Shown: positions 17,230-27,547 of the stretch, piece by piece | Layout of the letters: each line of letters opens with the position of its first letter | Numbering within the stretch: position 1 is the stretch's first letter | Origin: Myxococcota bacterium | GTDB taxonomy: Bacteria; Myxococcota_A; SURF-8 | Direction: 5' to 3' | Assembly (NCBI GenBank): GCA_963674735.2 | Contig: CAXXQS010000001.1 | Coordinates: 1,376,001-1,440,000 of the forward strand | DNA: 64,000 nt | Notes under the pieces: generated by a model | Told to the model about the DNA's origin: nothing | Database searches by the model: none | What the model saw: the letters and a program-made list of their open reading frames with translations, nothing else | Program-made: the position numbers and the translations under genes

Positions 17230-19590
17230 CTAAAATTGGTTTCCTATCGAAAACTCGAAAGAGATGTCGTCATCTTGAGGCCGTTTTGAAATCGGCAGCC
17301 CCCATTCGAAACGCAACGGCCCAATAGGCGAGTACCAGCGGAAGCCGAAGCCATAGCTCATGTACAAGCCCAGAGGCAGATCGTATTCATTTTGGCCGCT
17401 CTGGCCCAAGTAGAAGAACTGTTGTTCTTCACTCCATGTATTACCGGCATCGAAGAAGAAGACCCATTTGATTCCTGCCGCCTCGATCACCGGGAATTCC
17501 AACTCGATGTTCGCCAGGAATTGCTTATTACCACCGATTAGGTACTTAACCGGATACCCGGCTGGATCATCTTGTGGAATCACCTCTATTGTAGGTGAAA
17601 TCGATCCGAATTCATAGCCTCGAATCGAATAAATACCACCCAACAGATAACGTTCGGCAATCGGCACGCCGGGGAAATCCTTTTTGCCAATCAAATCGGC
17701 AAAAGGCTCTTCCATCGAGGTGATGTAACCGAGATCGAAGTTGAAACCCAAAACCAGCTTCCAGTAGATCGGGAAGTAGTATTTGGAGTTCAAGCTGAAT
17801 TTTAAGAATTCGATATCGGAACCGGTATAGCTATCGGCGTATTCCATGCTCAAGCGATGAAGCATTCCATCTGTGGGGAAAAGCCGATTATTTCGCGTGT
17901 CATACTGTGCGGTTAGAGCCAAACTCGACGTCAAACCGCTTTTGAAAAGGTGCAAATGCACCAGGTTGTCCACCGCAATATTGACGTCTTTGATGGAGTA
18001 GGTCAGGAAGAGGGTGATGTCTTCCCAGAAAGGATAACCGAAGGTAATATCGGCTCCGTAGGAACCGCGTGAATAGCTGCCGAATTCTCCTTGACGTGGA
18101 TAGGTAATCGACTGATTGAACAGTGAAAACCCGAAGTTGACCTTTGTATCCGCTAAGTACGGTTCGAAGAAGCGCAACATGAACTGCTTCCGGCTGGAAG
18201 AGATCTGGGCCATTAGCGAAAGAGACTGGCCGCGTCCGAACAGATTGTTCATGTTAATCTGGGATTGAAACACGAAACTGTCGATGGAACTGAATCCGAA
18301 ACCGAGTTGGAAGGTGCCGGTACGTTGTTCCTTGACCTCGATTGTCAGCTCGACTTTATCTTCAGAACTTCCCGGACTTTCCGTAATTTCAACCGTTTCG
18401 AAGTAACCGAGCTGGTAGATCTTCCGTTTTGACTTACGGATTTTTGTCGAAGAATAAAGCTCACCTTCCATAATCCGCATTTCGCGCCGGATCACTTTGT
18501 CTCTGGTTTTGGTATTCCCAACGATGTTGATACGTTCGATCCAGGCCTTGTGACCTTTTTCAACACGCATTTCCACGTTCACAATACGATTTTCTTCATC
18601 GGGTCGTGTTAGGGGGGTGACATTTGCGTAGGCATATCCGAGATCTTTATACAAATCGGTGATACGTTCGAGATCGGACATAAACAGGGAACGGTTGAAA
18701 ATTTCATCTTTCTTCAACCTGATCTTCTTGTGCATTTTTTCTTTCGGGTAAAACAAATCACCCGAGAAGTCGAGATCGCCCATCGTGTATTGTTCACCCT
18801 CGGTAACCGGAAATGTGACGTAGACGAAGGTGCGGTCTGGAGAAATGGATACCTGGGGAGATTCGACTTTCGCATTGATATAACCGTGATCGGCATAGTA
18901 GTTACCAATCATGAAGGCGTCTCGTTCGACGATCTCGTGGCGATATTGGCCGGAATTGCTGATAAAGCTGAGAGCATCGCCGGGTTTGGTGAGCATGACG
19001 CTCTGAAGATCTTTGTCGCTGATTTTCTCGTTGCCGAGTATGACGACTTTCTTGACCTTTACCTTGGCCCGTTCCTTCATTTTGAAGGTGATGACAACCT
19101 GATTGTCATCGACCATCGTCACTTCATAGTCCACATCAGCCAGGAAAAATCCCTTATCGATATAGACATTTCGAATTTTGTCGATGTTTCGGTAAATCTT
19201 GCCATGATTCAAGATGGAAAATGGCTTGATATCAATTACTTCCTCGATATCGTCATCATCCACTTCATCGTTTCCGTCGAGCTTCACTTCTTTGACGGAG
19301 GGTCGTTCCTCAACCATCACAGTCAGGATCTTACCGGCGTCTGAATCGGCTACATCGATTTGCACATCGGTAAAGTAACCAAGTTTGTAGATCGCCTTCA
19401 CGTCTTTTTGAAGCTTTTCAGTGGTAAAAAACGCGCCGGGTCGCGAATGCAAGACCGTTCGAATCGATTCCTGCTCGACTCGCTTAGCGCCTTGAATGTT
19501 AATTTCAGCGATTCGATCCGAACGAGCCTCTGCCAAGCTCCCGAAAAGGAGAAGAAAAATCAAGTAGAATCCAAGCCAGCGCACCGTCAT
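17230..19590 (-). CDS. bamA: Outer membrane protein assembly factor BamA
   Basis: POTRA repeats (GNTKTRDKVIRRE), IRGY motif, WYSPIGPLRFEWG, terminal Phe. Confidence 0.97.
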   Translation of the reverse strand: MTVRWLGFYLIFLLLFGSLAEARSDRIAEINIQGAKRVEQESIRTVLHSRPGAFFTTEKLQKDVKAIYKLGYFTDVQIDVADSDAGKILTVMVEERPSVKEVKLDGNDEVDDDDIEEVIDIKPFSILNHGKIYRNIDKIRNVYIDKGFFLADVDYEVTMVDDNQVVITFKMKERAKVKVKKVVILGNEKISDKDLQSVMLTKPGDALSFISNSGQYRHEIVERDAFMIGNYYADHGYINAKVESPQVSISPDRTFVYVTFPVTEGEQYTMGDLDFSGDLFYPKEKMHKKIRLKKDEIFNRSLFMSDLERITDLYKDLGYAYANVTPLTRPDEENRIVNVEMRVEKGHKAWIERINIVGNTKTRDKVIRREMRIMEGELYSSTKIRKSKRKIYQLGYFETVEITESPGSSEDKVELTIEVKEQRTGTFQLGFGFSSIDSFVFQSQINMNNLFGRGQSLSLMAQISSSRKQFMLRFFEPYLADTKVNFGFSLFNQSITYPRQGEFGSYSRGSYGADITFGYPFWEDITLFLTYSIKDVNIAVDNLVHLHLFKSGLTSSLALTAQYDTRNNRLFPTDGMLHRLSMEYADSYTGSDIEFLKFSLNSKYYFPIYWKLVLGFNFDLGYITSMEEPFADLIGKKDFPGVPIAERYLLGGIYSIRGYEFGSISPTIEVIPQDDPAGYPVKYLIGGNKQFLANIELEFPVIEAAGIKWVFFFDAGNTWSEEQQFFYLGQSGQNEYDLPLGLYMSYGFGFRWYSPIGPLRFEWGLPISKRPQDDDISFEFSIGNQF

Positions 19591-19597
19591 TACCGCC

Positions 19598-20332
19598 TCA
19601 TTCCGTTTCGCGTTCACGGATCACGCCGTCGAACATGGCCAGGCGGCGGGGCATACGGTCCGCCAGACTCGGATTATGGGTGACGCATACAAGTGTCATG
19701 CCGTAGATTTCGTTTAACTCCAAAAGCAGGTCATGTATTCCCTCGGCGGTCTGGCCGTCCAGATTTCCGGTGGGTTCATCAGCTAAAAGCACCTTGGGAT
19801 TCATTACCAACGCCCGCGCAATCGCGACTCGCTGTTGCTCGCCACCGGACAATTCACCTGGTTTATGTTCCAATCGCTCTAAAAGATCGACCTGAGACAG
19901 CAGCTTAGCGGCCCGTTCACGTGCTTCAACCGGATTGACTCTTGCAATACGCAGGGGAATCATCACGTTTTCAAGAGCGGTGAAATCGGGCAACAGGTAG
20001 TGGAACTGAAAGACAAAACCGATGGTCCGATTTCGGTAACTGGCCAAATGTTTGTCCGACAAGTTGAACACATCCTGATCCTCGAAACGGACACTCCCCG
20101 AGCTGGGTTGATCAAGTGTGCCGACAACTTGCAGAAAGGTACTCTTTCCGGCACCCGACTTCCCAACAATTGACACGCGTTCACCTGGGTGAAAACGAAG
20201 ATTGACCCCTTTCAGGACGTCTATCCGCCGTTCACCAAGCTGGTAATATTTCCAGAGATCTTCGATCTGAATAATAGGGGAGGCAGATTGGCTGCCACCC
20301 GTAACGGTCGCGGTGGTAATATGGCTACTCAT
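19598..20332 (-). CDS. lolD: Lipoprotein-releasing ABC ATPase LolD
   Basis: GKSGAGKST, GFVFQFHYLL, LSGGEQQRVAIARAL, DEPTGNLD. Confidence 0.92.
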   Translation of the reverse strand: MSSHITTATVTGGSQSASPIIQIEDLWKYYQLGERRIDVLKGVNLRFHPGERVSIVGKSGAGKSTFLQVVGTLDQPSSGSVRFEDQDVFNLSDKHLASYRNRTIGFVFQFHYLLPDFTALENVMIPLRIARVNPVEARERAAKLLSQVDLLERLEHKPGELSGGEQQRVAIARALVMNPKVLLADEPTGNLDGQTAEGIHDLLLELNEIYGMTLVCVTHNPSLADRMPRRLAMFDGVIRERETE

Positions 20333-21659
20333 AACGCAGCCCGTCCACCGGATTCATCCGTGCCGCTTGCCAGGCCGGATAAAGCGTTGCCAACCATGAA
20401 ATCAGCAAAGCCGAGCCTATGATAGCCGCAACTTGCAGGGGTTGGATTTTCACGGGAAGACCGGTCATGTAGTAGACATCCGGATCAAGCTGGATACCCA
20501 GTACCGGGATCAAAGCGCAGAGCAGGAACCCCAATCCGACCCCAATCAAAGTGCCGACCAAGCCGATAATAAGCCCATCGATCATGAAGATGCGCATGAT
20601 AGCGGAATTAGCAGCTCCCATAGACTTCAACGTCGCAATTTCCTTGCCTTTTTCTAGAACCATCATGATCAGTGTCGAGGCAATGTTGAAGGCGGCAACC
20701 AGAGTAATGAAAGTCAGAATCACAAACATCGCCAATTGTTCGAGTTTCAGGGCGGCGAACAGGTTTTTGTTCATTTCTTTCCAGTCACGAACTTTATATG
20801 GAAAACCTCCCAATTTCTCGACGATACGTGCTCCGATCGCGCTTGTATCGTAAAGATTTTCGGATCGGACCTTGAATTCGATAGCCGTGACATCATCATC
20901 CATCGACGAAAACTTTTGTAAATCGGCGATTGTCGTGAAAGCAAACTTCATGTCATACTCGAACATTCCCATGTAAAAGATACCAGCTACACGGAAATAC
21001 TGGTGCGAAGGAATAGGGCCGGTTGGACCCAGTCCACCTCCGAGAGGGTTAACCACATTAATTTCGTCGCCAACCCAGACACTGAGATATTTCGCCATCT
21101 CTTTGCCGATAACGATTCCAGGCAATTCCGTTTCGCCATAGCGCCGTTTGGTACGGCTGGAAAAACGCGGCATGAATTCGCCTGCCTGAATACGGTCATC
21201 GATCTTTGCACGGGTTTCTTTAAGCAAACGACCAGGATCTTTCAGATAATCCAGGCTGCCTTCTTCCATCTTCTCGGGTAACTGCGTAACGCTACCGGTC
21301 GTTTCGAGATCGATTCCTTTTATCAAGGAGCCGGTGACATTGGCTTCGGAACTGATCATCACTTCACGTAACAGAAAGGGAGATGCTCCGATGATCTCCG
21401 GAAATTCGTTCAAGTCCTCAACCACGTCGCGATACTCACTGAAGCCGTAAGTCACTTTCATCAGATTGCCGTGGGCATTGGCTCCGATGATTTTGTCTCG
21501 AAGTTCTTCTTCAAAACCGGCCATGACAGACAAAACGACAATCAAAGCGCACACACCGACGGCCACCCCTCCGATGGAGATCATGGTTATCGTTGATAGA
21601 AAGGCGCTCGATTTACGTGCCTTTAAATATCGAATTCCGACAAAAGACTCAAAGGACAT
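20325..21659 (-). CDS. Lipoprotein-releasing permease LolC/E family
   Basis: RYLKARK, VLSVMAGFE, LYPAWQAARMNPVDGLRYE. Confidence 0.92.
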   Translation of the reverse strand: MSFESFVGIRYLKARKSSAFLSTITMISIGGVAVGVCALIVVLSVMAGFEEELRDKIIGANAHGNLMKVTYGFSEYRDVVEDLNEFPEIIGASPFLLREVMISSEANVTGSLIKGIDLETTGSVTQLPEKMEEGSLDYLKDPGRLLKETRAKIDDRIQAGEFMPRFSSRTKRRYGETELPGIVIGKEMAKYLSVWVGDEINVVNPLGGGLGPTGPIPSHQYFRVAGIFYMGMFEYDMKFAFTTIADLQKFSSMDDDVTAIEFKVRSENLYDTSAIGARIVEKLGGFPYKVRDWKEMNKNLFAALKLEQLAMFVILTFITLVAAFNIASTLIMMVLEKGKEIATLKSMGAANSAIMRIFMIDGLIIGLVGTLIGVGLGFLLCALIPVLGIQLDPDVYYMTGLPVKIQPLQVAAIIGSALLISWLATLYPAWQAARMNPVDGLRYE

Positions 21660-21680
21660 CTGGTCCTGTCCGGCTTCGGG

Positions 21681-23168
21681 TTAAGGCTGTTCTTTTCGTA
21701 ACTGCGGAAAAAGAATGACGTCGCGGATGGAGGCGGAATCAGTCAGCAACATCACCAGCCGATCGATACCGATTCCTTCCCCGGCCGCCGGCGGCATGCC
21801 GTATTCAAGAGCACGGATATAATCGGTGTCCATGACATGGGCTTCATCGTCGCCTGCTTCGCGTGCTTCGATCTGCATTTCAAAACGCTCGCGCTGATCG
21901 ATCGGATCGTTCAATTCCGAGAAAGCGTTGGCAATCTCTCGTCCTGCCACGATAAGCTCGAAACGGTCGGTGAGCGTGGGATCGCTTTCCTTTTTCCGGG
22001 CCAGCGGGCTGACCTCGATCGGGAAATCGACCACGAACGTCGGCTGAATAATCTTTCCTTCAGCGACTTCCTCGTAAATTTCCATCAGCAGCTTGCCATC
22101 CGGCATGCGGTCGATGTTCTCGATCCCGAGTTTTCCGGCCACCGTTTCCATGCGGCTGCGCTCGGCAAGGTCGTCAAGGCTGATATCGCTATACTTAACA
22201 ATGGCTTCCGTCGGTGTCAGACGATCCCAAGGGGCGGCGTAATTGATCGCCTGGCCTTGATAAGTAACCGTTGTATCACCACAGATTTCTTTTGCGATAC
22301 CGCTGATCATGTCTTCCGTGAGGGTCATCAGGTCTTCGAAGGTTGCATAAGCCCAGTAGAATTCCAGCATGGTGAATTCCGGGTTATGCTTGATGCTGAA
22401 TCCCTCATTGCGGAAGTTGCGGTTGATTTCAAACACGCGCTCCATGCCCCCCACGAGAAGACGCTTCAGATAAAGCTCCGGAGCGATACGCAGGAAAAGA
22501 TCCATATCCAGAGTGTTATGGTGAGTCACGAATGGTCTTGCCGTTGCGCCACCCGCGAGACTATGCAGCATGGGGGTTTCGACTTCCAGGAAGTCCATCC
22601 CGGACAGATACTCCCGAATCAACTGGACGATGCGCGCTCGTTTGCGAAAAACCTCGGTAACTCCATCGTTAACCACCAGATCAAGGTAACGCTGACGATA
22701 ACGGATTTCGGTATCGGTCAGACCGTGCCATTTCTCGGGGAGCGGTCTCAGATTTTTAGTTAAAAGACGGATTTCATCGACGTTCAGCGTCAACTCTCCG
22801 GTCTTGGTGCGTACAGGCGTACCGGATGTGCCGACAATATCGCCAACATCCATAGACTTGAAGATTTTAAAGGCGTCGGGACCGATCTGCTTTTTCTGAA
22901 CGAAAATCTGGATACGCGCGGTACGATCTTTGAGTACGGCAAAGGCGGCGTTCCCAAAAGATCGAATCGCCATAAGACGCCCAGCCACCGTGTAACGATC
23001 CGTGACCGTCTTCAATTCTTCAGCGGTGGCGTCTACGTATTTCTCGTGGACTTCATTTGCCGTATGAACAACTTTGAAATCGTTGGCAAACGGGTTGATT
23101 TCCAACTCGCGTAACTTGGTCAACTTGTCTCGACGCGCGGTCAGAAGAGCGCTTAATTCATCCATCAT
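21681..23168 (-). CDS. lysS: Lysine--tRNA ligase (class II)
   Basis: YRQRYLDL, LRIAPELYLKRL, FRNEG, HNPEFT, GIGIDRL. Confidence 0.98.
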   Translation of the reverse strand: MMDELSALLTARRDKLTKLRELEINPFANDFKVVHTANEVHEKYVDATAEELKTVTDRYTVAGRLMAIRSFGNAAFAVLKDRTARIQIFVQKKQIGPDAFKIFKSMDVGDIVGTSGTPVRTKTGELTLNVDEIRLLTKNLRPLPEKWHGLTDTEIRYRQRYLDLVVNDGVTEVFRKRARIVQLIREYLSGMDFLEVETPMLHSLAGGATARPFVTHHNTLDMDLFLRIAPELYLKRLLVGGMERVFEINRNFRNEGFSIKHNPEFTMLEFYWAYATFEDLMTLTEDMISGIAKEICGDTTVTYQGQAINYAAPWDRLTPTEAIVKYSDISLDDLAERSRMETVAGKLGIENIDRMPDGKLLMEIYEEVAEGKIIQPTFVVDFPIEVSPLARKKESDPTLTDRFELIVAGREIANAFSELNDPIDQRERFEMQIEAREAGDDEAHVMDTDYIRALEYGMPPAAGEGIGIDRLVMLLTDSASIRDVILFPQLRKEQP

Positions 23169-23478
23169 CGCCTCACATCGCTACTGTTTTACCGCTATGC
23201 GGGACATCCACGTGGGCCCAAAATGAGTGGCTATTCTTATCGTAAATACCATAGACAGTCAAGCTATTTATCTTGCGCTCGTCTATTGAAAACATGCCCA
23301 TTTACCCCGATATTGACCGTCTCTCTACACATGGTCACAACAGAAAGGGAAGGGCAATGTGGCAAGTGCCAGTCTGTCCCGGCATTCTATGCGTTCCTAT
23401 GGTTCGCATTTTTGTGATTCAATCTTGGCTTTAAATTGGGATTAATGTGTATTTAGTAGAAAAATCACTAGAAAATGA

Positions 23479-23508
23479 TTGACACTTGCAAGGGATGCTC
23501 TATATAGT
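23479..23508 (+). promoter_or_regulatory. Putative sigma70 promoter of the yfgM-like/bamB-like pair
   Basis: TTGACA-N18-TATAGT. Confidence 0.45.
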
Positions 23509-23555
23509 TGCCCAGTTTTAATTCCGACGTTTTGGACGGGCAAGGAGGAATGACG

Positions 23556-24362
23556 GTGGCCCAAGCGAAAAAGCTGACAAAGAAAGAGCTTAACGAACCA
23601 GATCAGTTTCAAAGCCGCGGCGAACAGATTCTGAATCATGTCGTTGAATATCGTAAACGCTATTTCACATATCTGGCCGCTTTTGTGGCCTTGATACTCG
23701 CTGCCGTCATTATCAATGCCGTCATCGATAGCCGCAACGCCAAGATAAGCGAGAAATTCTCGAAAGCTATGGCCGTGTTCAACGCCCAGGTCGTAAAAGG
23801 CGAAGACGCGAACCCGAATGCCGACCCTCCGACTTTCCAGACCGAAGATGCCAAATTTCTCGCGGCATCCGAAAAGTTCGAAGGTTTCATCGAGGAAGAG
23901 GGCGGTTCCAGCTATGGTGTCGTAGCGCGTTTTTTCCTCGGTGCTTGCCACTTCCAACTCAAACAGTATGGGAAAGCACGAGCGGCCTTCGAAACGTTTA
24001 TTGAGGATTCCGGTTCTGATGGCAAAGAGTTTCTTTTCCTGGCCTATCACAACATTGCGCAATCCTACGATGCCGAAGACAATGTTGAAAAAGCCCTCGA
24101 AACCTACAAAAAAGTACTAGGCTTACGGGACGATGCCTTTAAGGACCAAGCCCGCTATTACATCGCGAAGCTGCTCAAGCGGCAAGGGAAAAACGATGAG
24201 GCGGTGAAGGAACTTGAAGGTATTCTTGCTGATTTTCCTGAGACCGCGATCAAGCCGGATGTTCGTCGGATGTTGACGGTTCTCAAAGGACCGGAAAAGC
24301 CTGAAGACAATCCGATCGATTCCGCGATCAATCCCATCATCCAGATGAAGCAGGGCGGCTGA
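23556..24362 (+). CDS. YfgM-like membrane-anchored TPR protein
   Basis: AGGAGG RBS then GTG. KKELNEPDQF N-terminus, one TM segment, TPR helices, upstream of a bamB-like gene. Confidence 0.8.
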   Translation: MAQAKKLTKKELNEPDQFQSRGEQILNHVVEYRKRYFTYLAAFVALILAAVIINAVIDSRNAKISEKFSKAMAVFNAQVVKGEDANPNADPPTFQTEDAKFLAASEKFEGFIEEEGGSSYGVVARFFLGACHFQLKQYGKARAAFETFIEDSGSDGKEFLFLAYHNIAQSYDAEDNVEKALETYKKVLGLRDDAFKDQARYYIAKLLKRQGKNDEAVKELEGILADFPETAIKPDVRRMLTVLKGPEKPEDNPIDSAINPIIQMKQGG

Positions 24363-25591
24363 TGGCGCGTCCGCGGTTCCAGCATTTCATTCGGTTCGCG
24401 TTCGTATCGATCCTGATTTTCACCAGTTTGGTTTGTGTGGGTTGCTCCGAAAAAGCCCGCCACGCTGCCGGTTGGAAGAAAACGATCTTTTACCCGGACG
24501 GCCAAGACGTGGTCGTGCTGTGGCGCGCGCAGATTACCGAACGAGACATCCTGAATTATCAAGAATATCAGCCGCTTGAAGATGGCGTTGCCGCTGTTGA
24601 CGATGGCTTCGTGTATGTTGGGGGACGCTCCAAGAAACTGATGAAATTCGACCGCTTCACCGGAAAGCTGATTAAAAGCTTTAAGGTCGGCGAAGAGATT
24701 TTCAGTCAGCCGGTGATCGACGGTCAAACTTTGTACCTGGGTACATCGACGGGGAAATTCCTCGCTCTCAATAAAAACACCTTTGAAGAGCTTTGGTCTT
24801 ACCCCTTAAAATCCGAAGTGGTCGCAGCACCTGTCGTTCAAGACGGAATCGTCTATTTCGTCACGCAAACCGATTTGCTCACGGCACTTGACGCCTCCAG
24901 TGGCAAGTTCAAGTGGGAACATCGTGAAGATTATCACGGGACGCTTTCCATTCGTCGCCATGCAAAACCCGTTGTCTGGAAAGATACGATCATACAAGGG
25001 TTCACCCAGGGAACTCTCTGTGCTTTCAATCGGAAAACCGGCGAACTGCTGTGGCGACGCAACCTGGGCAAGGGCGCTCGCTTCGATGATGTAAACGCCA
25101 CGCCTTTAGTCCGTGATGGCTTCATCTATACGGCCTCATTCGACAATGGCGTCTATTGCCTGAATGCGGAGTCCGGGATTGTTCTATGGCAAGCCGAAAT
25201 CAAGTCGGCGAGCTCTCTCGTTTTCCTCGATGGACTTCTCTATCTGACCGCCTCCGAAGATTCGTTTTACGCGCTTGATCTTGAAACAGGAAAAACAGAG
25301 TGGTTCATGGAGTTCCAGGAGCTCTACAAAGGTGAAACCGAAGGTGCGCTGTCTAAGCCGGTGCCTTACAAAAACCGTTATGTGGTTTTCAGTACTTCGG
25401 GATCGGGTGTCTATTTCATGAATTACCGCGAAAAGCGCCTTGTTCAGCGTTTCACTCCTGGTCTTGGAATCTCGGCGCCTCCGACCGTTTTCAAGCAGAC
25501 GGTCTATGTTTTGTCCAATGGAGGATACCTCTACGCTTTTGCACTGGGGCCAAAGGGTTCTCCGTTTGCCCCATATCGAAAAGGCCGATAA
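24362..25591 (+). CDS. bamB: BamB-like PQQ-type beta-propeller lipoprotein
   Basis: Lipobox CVGC, repeated A(L/F)(D/N)..(T/S)G...W blades, yfgM-bamB synteny. Confidence 0.7.
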   Translation: MARPRFQHFIRFAFVSILIFTSLVCVGCSEKARHAAGWKKTIFYPDGQDVVVLWRAQITERDILNYQEYQPLEDGVAAVDDGFVYVGGRSKKLMKFDRFTGKLIKSFKVGEEIFSQPVIDGQTLYLGTSTGKFLALNKNTFEELWSYPLKSEVVAAPVVQDGIVYFVTQTDLLTALDASSGKFKWEHREDYHGTLSIRRHAKPVVWKDTIIQGFTQGTLCAFNRKTGELLWRRNLGKGARFDDVNATPLVRDGFIYTASFDNGVYCLNAESGIVLWQAEIKSASSLVFLDGLLYLTASEDSFYALDLETGKTEWFMEFQELYKGETEGALSKPVPYKNRYVVFSTSGSGVYFMNYREKRLVQRFTPGLGISAPPTVFKQTVYVLSNGGYLYAFALGPKGSPFAPYRKGR

Positions 25592-25916
25592 ACTTCTATT
25601 GCCATCTGATCCAACAAGAATAGAATCCTGTTTTAGTCGTGAATATTCAGCATGATGCGTTAAAAAAGGGTGTGTTGTTCACATGACATAAGGTTCTCAT
25701 AAGATATATTATGCATAGTGGTCTGCCTGGTATTTTCTCCCTACCTTTTTTCGCGTCCCGATCCTCTCGAACCCAGGTTCCATTTGGCTCCCACAGTCGC
25801 TCCCGCAATCAAATCACCGCTTATTTCCTTGCGTCACACCCTATAATTATTTAAGGTCCGAATATGAAACGCATTGACTTTCATGAAACCACGAGTCAAG
25901 TCCGTGAGGTCCAAGT

Positions 25917-27488
25917 GTGAAATATAAACGCAACGATCCATGCCCCTGCGGTAGCGGGAAAAAATATAAGAAGTGTTGCCTGAACAAAGAAATTCCTCCC
26001 ACGTCAAGCCAAGATTTGCTTGTGTCCTCAAGTCCCACTACGAAAACGCCCCCTTCCAGAGAACTTCCCAGTATCAGTATTCTTTTGCCCACTCGAAACC
26101 GAAGCCGCCTTTTATCCGAAAGTCTCGAATGTCTGGTCAACCAACGTTATCCCAAGCTCCAGGTTGTGGTTGTTGACGACAATTCCGATGATGACACCCC
26201 GGCCGTCGTCGAAAGCTATCAGACAAAGCTCCCAGGTCTTATTTATTCAAGAAACGAAGTCCAGATCGGTGGCGCACTTGGATTCAGGCGTGCGGCGGAA
26301 TTGGCGAACGGCGATTATCTTCTCAACTTCAGCGATGACGACCTTCTTTCCGATGGAGCCCTATTCGCCTTTGCAGACGACCTAACCGCTCGTAATCACG
26401 ACATAATCTATTCAGATCTCGATGTAATCGATGGAGACGGCAACCATACCCAATTTTGGACCTATAAAGATTACCCGGACCGGACCGCCCTTTTGAAAGC
26501 CTTAATGGATGCCGGTGGAAATGTAATTCCCGAAACGGCTCTTGTAAAGAGAGATCGATACAATGAACTCTATGGCGAGCTGTACGGTCTTCGGTTCATA
26601 ACACCGTTTTATCTGGGAGCGTTGAACCGCTTGTCGATGAAGCATATCGCCCAACCCATTTTCCGCTATCGAGTCCACCAAGACAGCACATTCAAAGACG
26701 CTTCCGGATTGGTTGTGCGTAACAAAGGCGTTCTCAATTTCATGAACCTCATCATGTTCAAATATCGTGCCCACGATATCTTCAGCACGCAAAGCATACC
26801 GGATCGGCGTGAAGCCATTGTTGAGTCGATTATTCATTGCATCGTAAGGCTGCTGCATCACGCCAAACGCTTTATTTCGGGAACCTTCTATACCGGAGCC
26901 CAGTACAAACCTGAAGATCGTCTCTACATGCCGTTTTATGAAATGGCTTACCACTGGCTGATGATCGCAAGAAAATATAACGTTCTTGAAAGCAAGCTCG
27001 ACCAGTTGGAGAAAAACGTTCGAGAACTATACGATCCTCGTCAATACGATCTCTGCAAGATCAACATGTTGCCGGATGTCTACCGCAAGTTGCCTTGGTT
27101 TTCCTATCGACCCATTAACGATGTCAGTGATTTCATTGCTTTTGACATGATCACGCTTGGTACGCATGCGCTTTTTGATTCAGAAGAACAAACGCTTTAC
27201 AAAGACGGCAAAGTAAACATTCGTATTGTCAATCATTTTGTTGATGGTGTGGATGAACTGTTGAAACACATGGAGACTCATCCCGCACAAGTTGTTAATA
27301 TCTCTGATGAACATCAGTTGTTGCCGGTGATTCGTGCTCTGGAGAACAACGGCTACTACTTCTTATGTGTCGCGAATTTTACCTCCCACAGAGTATCCAC
27401 CGATGTGTTGGTAAAAAATATTATCGATTTCGATCCGACGAAAGAAATGCAGTTGGATGGATACCTGGCGAAAATCAGTCTTGTCTGA
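25917..27488 (+). CDS. SEC-C zinc motif fused to family-2 glycosyltransferase
   Basis: RNDPCPCGSGKKYKKCC. GT-A motifs ISILLPTRNR, VVVDDNSDDDT, FSDDD. Confidence 0.85.
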   Translation: MKYKRNDPCPCGSGKKYKKCCLNKEIPPTSSQDLLVSSSPTTKTPPSRELPSISILLPTRNRSRLLSESLECLVNQRYPKLQVVVVDDNSDDDTPAVVESYQTKLPGLIYSRNEVQIGGALGFRRAAELANGDYLLNFSDDDLLSDGALFAFADDLTARNHDIIYSDLDVIDGDGNHTQFWTYKDYPDRTALLKALMDAGGNVIPETALVKRDRYNELYGELYGLRFITPFYLGALNRLSMKHIAQPIFRYRVHQDSTFKDASGLVVRNKGVLNFMNLIMFKYRAHDIFSTQSIPDRREAIVESIIHCIVRLLHHAKRFISGTFYTGAQYKPEDRLYMPFYEMAYHWLMIARKYNVLESKLDQLEKNVRELYDPRQYDLCKINMLPDVYRKLPWFSYRPINDVSDFIAFDMITLGTHALFDSEEQTLYKDGKVNIRIVNHFVDGVDELLKHMETHPAQVVNISDEHQLLPVIRALENNGYYFLCVANFTSHRVSTDVLVKNIIDFDPTKEMQLDGYLAKISLV

Positions 27489-27499
27489 TTGCCACTCGC

Positions 27500-27528
27500 A
27501 AAAAAGGCCGCCCTTTGAAAGGCGGCCT
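27500..27528 (-). terminator. Intrinsic terminator of pyrG
   Basis: AGGCCGCC/GGCGGCCT stem with a T-tract on the minus strand. Confidence 0.7.
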
Positions 27529-27547
27529 GAATTCAAAACATGTACAA

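Noticed and set aside
21837-22763. 308-aa plus-strand ORF and many similar antisense ORFs
   Set aside because: Shadow frames of well-supported genes (here lysS) with no motifs or RBS.
23169-23500. prfB with programmed frameshift upstream of lysS
   Set aside because: The region is a divergent promoter spacer with no RF2 sequence.
25720-25830. tRNA remnant or ncRNA (GGTTCGA on the minus strand)
   Set aside because: No cloverleaf or acceptor stem can be formed.
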